A stretch of DNA of 56,195 bases from a virus (lineage: Duplodnaviria > Caudoviricetes), in the IMG/VR virus record IMGVR_UViG_3300030060_000209, positions 1 through 56,195 of that record; one strand, written 5' to 3'. Within the stretch, counting starts at the first letter, position 1; every line of letters begins with the position of its first letter. The position numbers and the translations under genes are program-made. Shown piece by piece: positions 29,371 to 37,521 of the stretch. The notes beneath the pieces were generated by a model, which saw nothing but the letters and a program-made list of their open reading frames with translations, was not told where the DNA came from and ran no database searches.

Positions 29371-29676
29371 ATGTATTACAAGTACGACGAAATCAAAGAA
29401 CACTTTGTAGACTGGATGAAAGAGCAGGACGCGGAGTGGCTAAAAGACAACAAAGACGATTGGCACCACCACGCATTCAATATGGACTATTACATTATTG
29501 GAACGCAAAAAGCGATTGAGTGGATGGGTGATCAAGTATTCAAAATCATAGAAACTATCAAAGAATATGAGCAAGACAACTTTGGTGAGGTAACAACTGA
29601 CCTGTCCAGCCCTGAAAAGCTGGTGAATATGTACGCTTACATCGTAGGTGAACAGGTTGTTAATGAATGGAGGTAG
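29371..29676 (+). CDS. Acidic early protein, possibly Ocr-like anti-restriction DNA mimic
   Basis: 101 aa, 22 D/E vs 10 K/R; DDWHHHAFNMDYYIIG..YEQDNFGE..PEKLVNMYAYIVGE; first gene behind strong promoter. Confidence 0.45.
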   Translation: MYYKYDEIKEHFVDWMKEQDAEWLKDNKDDWHHHAFNMDYYIIGTQKAIEWMGDQVFKIIETIKEYEQDNFGEVTTDLSSPEKLVNMYAYIVGEQVVNEWR

Positions 29677-29680
29677 ACAA

Positions 29681-30106
29681 ATGAGTAAACTATATTTCGC
29701 CTATGGCTCTAACTTGAACAAGAGCCAGATGGCATTGCGTAGCCCCACCGCCAAGGCGTTGGGGTCTGCGTACTTTCCAAACTGGCGGCTTGTCTTTCGG
29801 GGCGTAGCCGACATAGAAGAAGGGGACGAGCAGGACTTGTTGCCTGTCGGGATCTGGAGCATTGAAGAAGCAGACGAGGCGGCACTTGATCGGTATGAAG
29901 GCGTGAGTTCGGGACTCTATCGCAAGGTAGAGATCAACGGGATGCTAACGTATCGGATGAATCACGCGGGATATTACGGGCCGAGTCATCATTACTTCAG
30001 AACAATTTTAGATGGCTATCGGGACTTTGAACTCGATACTTCTGAACTCTATAATGCACGGGACAATGCAAGGTTCGGTGAGCAGGAGAATCGGATATGG
30101 ATGTAA
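29681..30106 (+). CDS. Gamma-glutamylcyclotransferase (AIG2/GGCT family)
   Basis: LYFAYGSNLN..QM..R.P, LDRYEG...LY. Confidence 0.9.
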   Translation: MSKLYFAYGSNLNKSQMALRSPTAKALGSAYFPNWRLVFRGVADIEEGDEQDLLPVGIWSIEEADEAALDRYEGVSSGLYRKVEINGMLTYRMNHAGYYGPSHHYFRTILDGYRDFELDTSELYNARDNARFGEQENRIWM

Positions 30107-30123
30107 ATTGTTCGGGTTCTACC

Positions 30124-30158
30124 GGGCTGCAGCCAGGCGCTGCGGCCCATTTTTTTTG
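30124..30158 (+). terminator. Rho-independent terminator
   Basis: GGGCTGCAGC..GCTGCGGCCC-ATTTTTTTT. Confidence 0.8.
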
Positions 30159-30237
30159 CCCAGTCCCAGGCTGCAACAGGTCATAACCCGAACAATTGTT
30201 CTGGTTTTACCGAGATCAGCCAGGCAGCACCAGTGAA

Positions 30238-30277
30238 TCGGGCTTCGGGTCGGGCTTCGGGCTTCGGGGTCGGGGTT
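30238..30277 (+). repeat. Second TCGGG repeat tract
   Basis: TCGGGCTTCGGGTCGGGCTTCGGGCTTCGGGGTCGGGG (6 units). Confidence 0.9.
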
Positions 30278-30454
30278 CGCTGCCGCTGCCAGTTACTGGA
30301 TCTCCTTTCTTTCACGCGCACATGCACCCGCCCTCCCGATCAATAATAAAAAAAATACGAACAATTGCACTTTTTTGTTTGTTTATGCAGTGTTTGCATG
30401 GTATAGAATAAGACAAGAGGCCGGAGGTAGGCCCACAACACTAGAAAAAAGGTA

Positions 30455-31648
30455 ATGAAAACAATGACTTATTTAACAAACACAAGCTGGTTACTCGCTG
30501 GCGTTGAGCTAGAATTCCACAATAAGCGCGGTTTATATCGTTCTGTTGACCAATGGCGCACACTTTTGAGTGATGCCGGTTTTGATTGGATACAGGTTAA
30601 ATATGACGCTTCCGCTAATGTAGATGTGGAAATAGTCTTTCCACCAATGCCAGCGCATGGTGCCGGTGGCGCATTGGAAGATATAAACGCGGTTATGCAG
30701 TTTATTGAAACCAATGGTGGCAAGGTATCAAAAAAAGGTTGCGGCTTGCATGTTCATATTGGCAATCGTGCGGTAAAAGATATATCACCGGCTTACTATT
30801 GGACGCATTCCAAAGCTAGCATTGCATCAGGTAACGGTTATTTTATGCCTACTGATGATCAATGTCATGATGTAATGCCAATGGCATTAGTGAAAGACGT
30901 TCTTATCAGATACGCTAACCAACAAAACGATGTTGATTTATTGCTAGCACCGTCGCGGCGCGAGAATGGTTGCCAAGCTAGGTTTTGCCATTCTATCCGA
31001 CGCATTGGTGACAGTGGACGCAATCAAAACGAATTCAACAACGCGACTAGCGCGAATGAATTAAACCAAATACTAGGCAGAAAATTTGCTAGCGTTTCAC
31101 TTGATACATGGGCAAGGGTTGGCACCATTGAGTTTAGACAACATCAAGCTACATTAGAGATTGCCAAGCTTGAGGCATGGTGCTTACTTATTGATGCCAT
31201 GTTTAGGCATAGCGACGCTAACCGTATTGACTACACCGCGTCGCGCACTGTTGAAACATCTACACCGGAACAACCCTACCGCAACGGTTCTCGCATTGGC
31301 ATTTTGTGGGAAACAATCCGACGCGACGGTGGCGCGACGGTTTCAGAAATATCCAATGTAACAGGATGGGATGCTAGCACCATTCGCGCTAGGGTTTCAG
31401 AAATGCGTCAACAACATGGTGACGATGCTATCATTTGCCATAATCAGCAAGCTTATGGTCATTCGTATGGTACTAGCCAAGGCAATCACGATTTAAATGG
31501 TTATGAGGCAATCCAATCTGTCACTCGCACCATTGAAGGCGAGGCGGCATTGTTACCAGAAAATAGGCTAGGCATTGCTTCAATCTTTGCTGGATTGAAT
31601 GACCAAACATTTGAATATCTCAATTCAAGACGTAATGCGCTAAACTAG
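30455..31648 (+). CDS. Putative amidoligase (COOH-NH2 ligase) with C-terminal winged-HTH domain
   Basis: GVELEF, VKYDAS, EIVFPP, GCGLHVHIG, GTIEFRQHQAT; C-terminal RRDGGATVSEISNVTGWDASTIRARVS. Confidence 0.8.
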   Translation: MKTMTYLTNTSWLLAGVELEFHNKRGLYRSVDQWRTLLSDAGFDWIQVKYDASANVDVEIVFPPMPAHGAGGALEDINAVMQFIETNGGKVSKKGCGLHVHIGNRAVKDISPAYYWTHSKASIASGNGYFMPTDDQCHDVMPMALVKDVLIRYANQQNDVDLLLAPSRRENGCQARFCHSIRRIGDSGRNQNEFNNATSANELNQILGRKFASVSLDTWARVGTIEFRQHQATLEIAKLEAWCLLIDAMFRHSDANRIDYTASRTVETSTPEQPYRNGSRIGILWETIRRDGGATVSEISNVTGWDASTIRARVSEMRQQHGDDAIICHNQQAYGHSYGTSQGNHDLNGYEAIQSVTRTIEGEAALLPENRLGIASIFAGLNDQTFEYLNSRRNALN

Positions 31649-31670
31649 CGCATTACACAACAACGCGACT

Positions 31671-31699
31671 GGGGCGCTTTACAGCGCCTCTTTTTTTTT
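31671..31699 (+). terminator. Rho-independent terminator
   Basis: GGGGCGCT-TTAC-AGCGCCTC-T9; additional hairpin GTAATGCGCTA-AAC-TAGCGCATTAC over the stop codon. Confidence 0.8.
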
Positions 31700-31933
31700 G
31701 CGGTAGGTTACCAGTACCCGAACAATTGTACGGCATAGGCGCGGCTCTATGGGCGACTAATGCAGTCTTTGCATCTAAGGTACTCTATAGACATTTGACA
31801 AAATACAAAATCGGGATGCGGGACGGTATGGCACCCCCCGCAAAATAAATCTTGACAGGGCGACACGTTGCGCCAACTTCCCCACAAACAACTCCCAAAA
31901 AATTTTAAAAAAAAATTTTATATCATATTTCCC

Positions 31934-31962
31934 TTGATTGTTTGCAATCTTTGCACTATGTT
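31934..31962 (+). promoter_or_regulatory. sigma70-type promoter with operator-like palindrome
   Basis: TTGATT-N17-TATGTT; spacer TGCAATCTTTGCA. Confidence 0.6.
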
Positions 31963-31988
31963 ATGTGAAACAACTGAAGGAGGGGTAA

Positions 31989-32240
31989 ATGCCTAAGTAT
32001 TTATTAAAGATCAGCGAGGATCCTATTGAGTTTGAGGCTCCTACTGCTGAAGCGTTCTTGGAAGCATGGAAGGGCGTGTTTCCGTGGGAATATGACAATG
32101 ACAACACATTCATGCGTATGGCAGCGAGGTCTGCATGCGACTGGAGCGGCAAGCCTATTAGGTTTGATAACATCTCCAGTTTTACAGCCGACATGATTGA
32201 CGCTGGTATGCTGGAGGAGGTGGGGAATGTACAAAGCTAA
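31989..32240 (+). CDS. Small acidic hypothetical protein
   Basis: 83 aa; SD AGGAGG. Confidence 0.7.
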   Translation: MPKYLLKISEDPIEFEAPTAEAFLEAWKGVFPWEYDNDNTFMRMAARSACDWSGKPIRFDNISSFTADMIDAGMLEEVGNVQS

Positions 32241-32592
32241 AGACTCTTACAGCATGTGGAACGGAGATGTTCTACTAGAAAAACGCAAGTACCTTGATAG
32301 AACGCAGATGTCGATGGCTCGTGATTTAGGCATTAGCCATCGCATGTACTGTTACTATGAGAGTGGTGAGCAGGAGATACCGCGTTCAATAGAGTTGTCT
32401 GTGCGTTACATGGAGAACACGAAGGGCAGTGACGTTTTGATGCCGACAGGTACGTTGAGTAACTTTGACAAGGATCGTATTGCTCGTTTGTGTAGTGCGT
32501 TGAATGGAATGGAGGGTACAGATGCTCATATAGACAAGGTTTTGAGGCAGTCTAAGACCGAATTAGAGTATCTGTTGTCAAAGTTTGAATAA
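32227..32592 (+). CDS. XRE/Cro-family HTH transcriptional regulator
   Basis: KRKYLDRTQMSMARDLGISHRMYCYYESGEQEIPRSIEL; SD GGAGG before ATG 32227. Confidence 0.8.
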   Translation: MYKAKDSYSMWNGDVLLEKRKYLDRTQMSMARDLGISHRMYCYYESGEQEIPRSIELSVRYMENTKGSDVLMPTGTLSNFDKDRIARLCSALNGMEGTDAHIDKVLRQSKTELEYLLSKFE

Positions 32593-32636
32593 TAAACTAT
32601 CATTGGCCCTGTGTATTCTTCATAGAGGGTTATAGC

Positions 32637-35285
32637 ATGACAAGTTTCATGGGGCCAATGGCACCTCCGCCGCCAGCACAGCCGCAGCCACAGGCGTTAG
32701 ATATTCGTACAGATCCTAACCAGAGGCAACAATTCAAACAGTTTATGAGGCAGCGCATGATGCCGATGACATCTGCGCCGATAGCACAGCCCCCTATGCA
32801 GCCCATGATGCAGTCTCCAGCTATGTTTAACATGGGTGGTGGAGTTGATATTTTTGATCCCATGTATTCAGCGCCGATGATGGCACCTCCAGCCCCTATG
32901 GGTTTTGATGATGGCGGTGCAGTTCCATCTACTTTACCTAGATCAAAAAGAGATGCCATAGCACAAAAGGTAGCCGAAATGATGGCTATTAGTGCTGAAA
33001 GAGTTAGGGCGGCTCAACAGAATGCTGAGTACAATCGTCTTTTGAGAGACCAAGATGCAATAGATCGACAAGTGGCGCTTGATAGGTTAAAGGCGGATCA
33101 AGCAGAGTCTCGACAAAATATGACGTTAGACTCGATTCTTTCTGATATTGATTACGAAAGAAGAGGTTTATTAAGAAAAGAAGACGGCGGTGCAGTTCCA
33201 CCGCGTCGTGCTGACATTGGTGGTCAGGATCACATGTTGTCGTATATCACGCCAGATGAAGCTGATATTCTAAAAGCTTTAGGTGGATCTGGCGAAGCTG
33301 GTCCTATGGGCATTCCTGCTTTTAGGGCTGATCCCGGTCAAATGGCTGAAGCTCAAGAAAGTCTTGGTCAGACTGATTATGGCGGCGGTGATGACGGTGG
33401 CGATAGCGGTGACACTTATTCAGACATGGGCATGTCTCCGGGTCGTTCACAGGCACAGTTTGGCACAACTGAATTTGCAGGAAAGTCTGAGCAAGAAGCG
33501 CAAAACATAGTAGATTCAGGTGGTGGTTCTGATGAGGCGCAAGCTGTTCAGCAATCAATAGCCACGCAACAGAGAGCAGACGCACAAAGGGCGGCGGCGG
33601 CAGAGGCAGCGCGGCAAACACAAATCAGAAACCAGCAAATTGCTCAAGACAATATAAACAGGACTCGTGACAGGGTTCAGGCTGGTCTTGCACAGAGGAA
33701 CGTAGGTGTAGGTACGACTCCAGAGGTCAATTTAACTGTTACTAGAAATCCCACGCCCACAACTTTTAATGTTGCAGATACGTTAGGCACTGGCATTGCG
33801 CCTACTGTACAAGCTGGTCCTCGTGGGCCTACGGATGGAGATGTTGATAGCCTTGATCTTCTTGATTTAGATAATTTGTTAGATCTGCAAGGCCCACCAT
33901 CATACTCTCAAATACAAAGAGTAAAAGCTGGCCCAGGTAGATCAGGTGTAACTGCGGCACTGGATTATCCTGGTGTTAATAGAGATACGTTAGCTACGGG
34001 AGTTATTCCTCGTGATCAAAGCCAAGTTCTTTTAAGTGATTTGACTGCGGATCCATCAGGCACTGAAAGATTTGGTGCAGACTATTTACCTGATTTAGCA
34101 GCGTCTGATATGGCTCGTATGGCTACGGCTGATGCAGGCATGATTACGGATGCGTCTCCAAGGAGCAATCAAGTAGTTCTTGGTGGCGGCACAGATGATA
34201 TGGGTTCAGGCGTTCCTCTTGGTGGGTCTTATGATCGTTTTGCACCTGCCGCACCAACAGGCACAACAACCACAACGACTCCTGCACAAGACGTTTTTGG
34301 CATGGAAGATGAGTATCTTGATGAGGATATTGCTGCTGGCTTTGGTCAGTATGATGGCGGCTATCGTGATTCGGAAGGGCGGAGTCGGTCATTTGGTGAT
34401 ATAAGCGGTCCCGGTGGCGGTCCCGGACGTAGTGGTTTAAGTACATTTGCTGACAGACAGCAACGAGCGCAAGATTACGCCAAAGAAATGGGTTATGACC
34501 TTACTGATCGCTCCATGTACAAAGAGGGTGCGGAGCGTGGCTTTAGTGGCATTACACAAGAGCAGTTAGATGAATTAAAAGATCGTGCCGCAGGGTCAAT
34601 ATTTGGTGATACGTTTATGAATACTCCAAGAAACATTAGTAACATATTAGAAGATAAGAGAGCCACGGGTATTTATACGAATCCTGATGGTACGGTTCGC
34701 GGTGTAACAGGTTTACCGGATCCTGACGCTTTTGGCGGTTTGATGCAGAGCGCAGTTAATTTCCTTGGTGGATTTATGCCCAACTTTATTGGTGAGACAT
34801 ACACTGGAACAGGTCCAAATCCTTTTGATCGTGGTCAAGATCCGGGCGGCGGTGGTGAAGATCGGCCTGTGAAAGCTCCAACAGATCCATGTCCAGATGG
34901 ATTTGTAATGAAGAACGGTGCTTGCACACCTATAGATACTGGTAGCGGTGTTCCTGATCAGATAGGCGGAATAGGCACAGGACAGCCTCCGCCACCTCCT
35001 GCTCCAGTTATTGTTCCGTCACCGCGTCAACCTGTTCAGACTAATTTGCAGGGTCCAGTTGGTTATGGTAGCCCGATAGCTGGGCAGATGGCACCGTCTG
35101 TGGCTAGTAATGCTGCTTTGTATCAGCAGATGTTAAATCAACAGGCCATGAACGCAGGCAGAAACATGCCTGTTGGTACTATGCCTTTACCAGCGCCTAC
35201 GAGGTTACAACAGGGCGGACCTGTATCCTCTAATCTGGATAGAGCAGCGGATAACTTTCTAAAGGCATTGATGCCAGCGGCTTAG
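32637..35285 (+). CDS. Large low-complexity putative internal virion protein
   Basis: 882 aa P/G/D/Q-rich; DHMLSYITPDEADILKALGGSG..GIPAF motif; four xxxGGxV motifs. Confidence 0.6.
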   Translation: MTSFMGPMAPPPPAQPQPQALDIRTDPNQRQQFKQFMRQRMMPMTSAPIAQPPMQPMMQSPAMFNMGGGVDIFDPMYSAPMMAPPAPMGFDDGGAVPSTLPRSKRDAIAQKVAEMMAISAERVRAAQQNAEYNRLLRDQDAIDRQVALDRLKADQAESRQNMTLDSILSDIDYERRGLLRKEDGGAVPPRRADIGGQDHMLSYITPDEADILKALGGSGEAGPMGIPAFRADPGQMAEAQESLGQTDYGGGDDGGDSGDTYSDMGMSPGRSQAQFGTTEFAGKSEQEAQNIVDSGGGSDEAQAVQQSIATQQRADAQRAAAAEAARQTQIRNQQIAQDNINRTRDRVQAGLAQRNVGVGTTPEVNLTVTRNPTPTTFNVADTLGTGIAPTVQAGPRGPTDGDVDSLDLLDLDNLLDLQGPPSYSQIQRVKAGPGRSGVTAALDYPGVNRDTLATGVIPRDQSQVLLSDLTADPSGTERFGADYLPDLAASDMARMATADAGMITDASPRSNQVVLGGGTDDMGSGVPLGGSYDRFAPAAPTGTTTTTTPAQDVFGMEDEYLDEDIAAGFGQYDGGYRDSEGRSRSFGDISGPGGGPGRSGLSTFADRQQRAQDYAKEMGYDLTDRSMYKEGAERGFSGITQEQLDELKDRAAGSIFGDTFMNTPRNISNILEDKRATGIYTNPDGTVRGVTGLPDPDAFGGLMQSAVNFLGGFMPNFIGETYTGTGPNPFDRGQDPGGGGEDRPVKAPTDPCPDGFVMKNGACTPIDTGSGVPDQIGGIGTGQPPPPPAPVIVPSPRQPVQTNLQGPVGYGSPIAGQMAPSVASNAALYQQMLNQQAMNAGRNMPVGTMPLPAPTRLQQGGPVSSNLDRAADNFLKALMPAA

Positions 35286-35288
35286 TAA

Positions 35289-36773
35289 ATGGATGATGTC
35301 CTTGATATAGCTACCGAGTTTCTGACTGATGCAGAGCTTGAGTCTCTTGGCAAGCATTTAGACAAGTACAAAGAGTTGCATGAGCGAGAAGAGCTTCAGA
35401 CAAGCTTTCTTGATTTTGTAAGGCATGTCTGGCCTTCATTCATAGCTGGTAGTCATCACAAGATTTTTGGTGAAAAGCTGGAGCGTGTGGCAAGGGGCGA
35501 GTTAAAGCGTCTGATTGTCAACATGCCGCCAAGACATACGAAGTCCGAGTTTGCGAGTTATCTGTTTCCTGCTTGGGTCATGGGACAGAGGCCAGAAACA
35601 AAGATTATTCAGGCAACGCACACGGCGGAGTTGGCTGTAGGTTTTGGTCGAAAGGTCAAGAACCTGCTTGATAGTGAGATCTATCGTGATGTTTTTCCTG
35701 ACATACAATTAGCTAGAGATGCGAAGGCCAGTGGTCGTTGGTCTACGGATATGGGTGGAGAGTATTACGCTGTTGGTGTAGGCGGTGCGCTTGCTGGTCG
35801 TGGTGCTGATCTGTGTATTATTGACGATCCTGTATCAGAACAGGATGCGTTATCACCAGCCGCGCTGGATAATATTTACGAATGGTACACATCAGGACCG
35901 AGACAGCGACTACAACCGGGCGGATCAATAATCATCGTGATGACACGATGGAGCATCCGCGATTTGACAGCGAAGGTTTTGCAGAAGCAAGCCGAGGGCG
36001 GAGCGGATCAATGGGAGGTTGTGGAGTTTCCAGCGATATTTCCCGATACAGACAACGTGTTGTGGCCCGAGTTCTGGAGCAGGGACGAGCTAGAAGGCGT
36101 TAGGGCTTCCATACCTGTAGCCAAGTGGAACGCACAGTATCTTCAGAATCCTACTGCTGAAGAGGGTGCGATTATTAAAAGGGAGTGGTGGAATGTTTGG
36201 GATCATGATGATCCACCTGTCGTTGATTACGTCATCCAGTCGTATGACACCGCCTTCACCAAATCCGAAAGGGCCGATTACTCGGCTATTACGACTTGGG
36301 GCGTGTTTTATCCTGACGAGGGTGATGAGGCTGCGATCATATTGCTGGATTCAGAAAAAGGTCGATGGGAGTTTCCAGAGCTTAAAGACGCGGCAATGCG
36401 CTTGTATGAAGAATTTGAACCAGACATGGTGTTGATAGAGCAAAAGGCATCTGGAACACCGTTAACGCAGGATTTGCGTAAGATGGGTATTCCTGTGTCT
36501 GGTTTTACGCCGGGTCGTGGAGCAGATAAGTTTTCTCGTATGAACGCCTGTGCGCCTGTGTTTGAGTCAGGTATGGTCTGGTGTCCAGAGACTAGATGGG
36601 CAGAAGAGGTTATTGAGGAATGTGCGTCATTTCCCAATGGAGAGCATGATGACTTGGCGGATAGCATGACACAGGCTATACTGCGTTTTAGGCAGGGCAG
36701 TTTTATACGCACTCGTTCTGATTACGAAGACGATGATTTAGCAACTTACAGGCGTAGCAGGGAGTATTACTGA
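35289..36773 (+). CDS. terL: Terminase large subunit
   Basis: NMPPRHTKS, IIDDP, VMTRW, QSYDTA, IEQKASG, FPNGEHDDLADS. Confidence 0.97.
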   Translation: MDDVLDIATEFLTDAELESLGKHLDKYKELHEREELQTSFLDFVRHVWPSFIAGSHHKIFGEKLERVARGELKRLIVNMPPRHTKSEFASYLFPAWVMGQRPETKIIQATHTAELAVGFGRKVKNLLDSEIYRDVFPDIQLARDAKASGRWSTDMGGEYYAVGVGGALAGRGADLCIIDDPVSEQDALSPAALDNIYEWYTSGPRQRLQPGGSIIIVMTRWSIRDLTAKVLQKQAEGGADQWEVVEFPAIFPDTDNVLWPEFWSRDELEGVRASIPVAKWNAQYLQNPTAEEGAIIKREWWNVWDHDDPPVVDYVIQSYDTAFTKSERADYSAITTWGVFYPDEGDEAAIILLDSEKGRWEFPELKDAAMRLYEEFEPDMVLIEQKASGTPLTQDLRKMGIPVSGFTPGRGADKFSRMNACAPVFESGMVWCPETRWAEEVIEECASFPNGEHDDLADSMTQAILRFRQGSFIRTRSDYEDDDLATYRRSREYY

Positions 36774-37078
36774 TGGCTGACGAGGACAAAAAATTCAGGC
36801 ACCCAGCAGGTGTGGCTATACGGAAAGGCTTGGATGCTATTCGTTATAAGCGTTCTGATGAGGGCAAGGCAGAGAAAAAAGCTCGTAAGGAGCATAATAA
36901 AAAATTTGGTCCTACCGATAAAAAGACTAAAAGAAAGCTTCGTAGTGACGCTAAGAAGTCTGATGCTGCAAAGGGTAAGACAATGCGAGAAAGAGGCTCT
37001 TATTCTTATTATGAAGAGATGAATCATGGCGGCGCTGTTATGAAGGGCCGTGGCGGTAAGTTTAAGGGGATTAGCTAA
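36773..37078 (+). CDS. Small basic GG-motif protein
   Basis: K-rich; ends MNHGGAVMKGRGGKFKGIS. Confidence 0.65.
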   Translation: MADEDKKFRHPAGVAIRKGLDAIRYKRSDEGKAEKKARKEHNKKFGPTDKKTKRKLRSDAKKSDAAKGKTMRERGSYSYYEEMNHGGAVMKGRGGKFKGIS

Positions 37079-37521
37079 TGGCACCTCGCATGGGAAAAAA
37101 ATTACCTCCTAGTCTTAAAAAGACTAAGCAGACTGGCAAACGGAAACAGCCTCGTATGGTTCCTGGTGGTAAGCTTGGTGCAACTCCAAAGGCTCAAAAG
37201 TCCACTGCTCAAATACGCAGACTGACCGTTGACGGTAAGGCTGTAACTGACGCTCCTTTTGTTCCTGATACTCGTAAAGGTAAATTTAAAAACATTGAGA
37301 TTGGCATGAAGGATATGCCAGCAGGTTATAATGGGGGCGGCAAAGTAATTGGTAAGAAAAAAGTCATTATTGGCCCTAATTCAAATTTAACAGATGAAGA
37401 GCTTGATCGTTATATTGCACAGCTTAGAGGTGAAGTAAAACCTGTTAAGAAGAACAGGGGCGGAGCGATTAAAGGCTTCAGCCCCATAGCCCGTCCACAA
37501 CGATTTAAAGGAGTATTCTAA
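37078..37521 (+). CDS. Small basic GG-motif protein
   Basis: YNGGGKV, KNRGGAI, ends RFKGVF. Confidence 0.65.
   Translation: MAPRMGKKLPPSLKKTKQTGKRKQPRMVPGGKLGATPKAQKSTAQIRRLTVDGKAVTDAPFVPDTRKGKFKNIEIGMKDMPAGYNGGGKVIGKKKVIIGPNSNLTDEELDRYIAQLRGEVKPVKKNRGGAIKGFSPIARPQRFKGVF

Noticed and set aside
27985-30411. Assorted short ORFs over the TCGGG tracts and palindromes (several sharing RTIVL)
   Set aside because: The shared peptide is just the translated DNA palindrome; the ORFs cross terminators and promoters and lack SDs
27823-31736. CRISPR array interpretation of the palindromic repeats, given the Cas4-like gene
   Set aside because: Spacing is irregular (~90-1400 bp), the intervals contain genes, and stand-alone Cas4-like nucleases are common in phage recombination modules; no cas1 or effector seen
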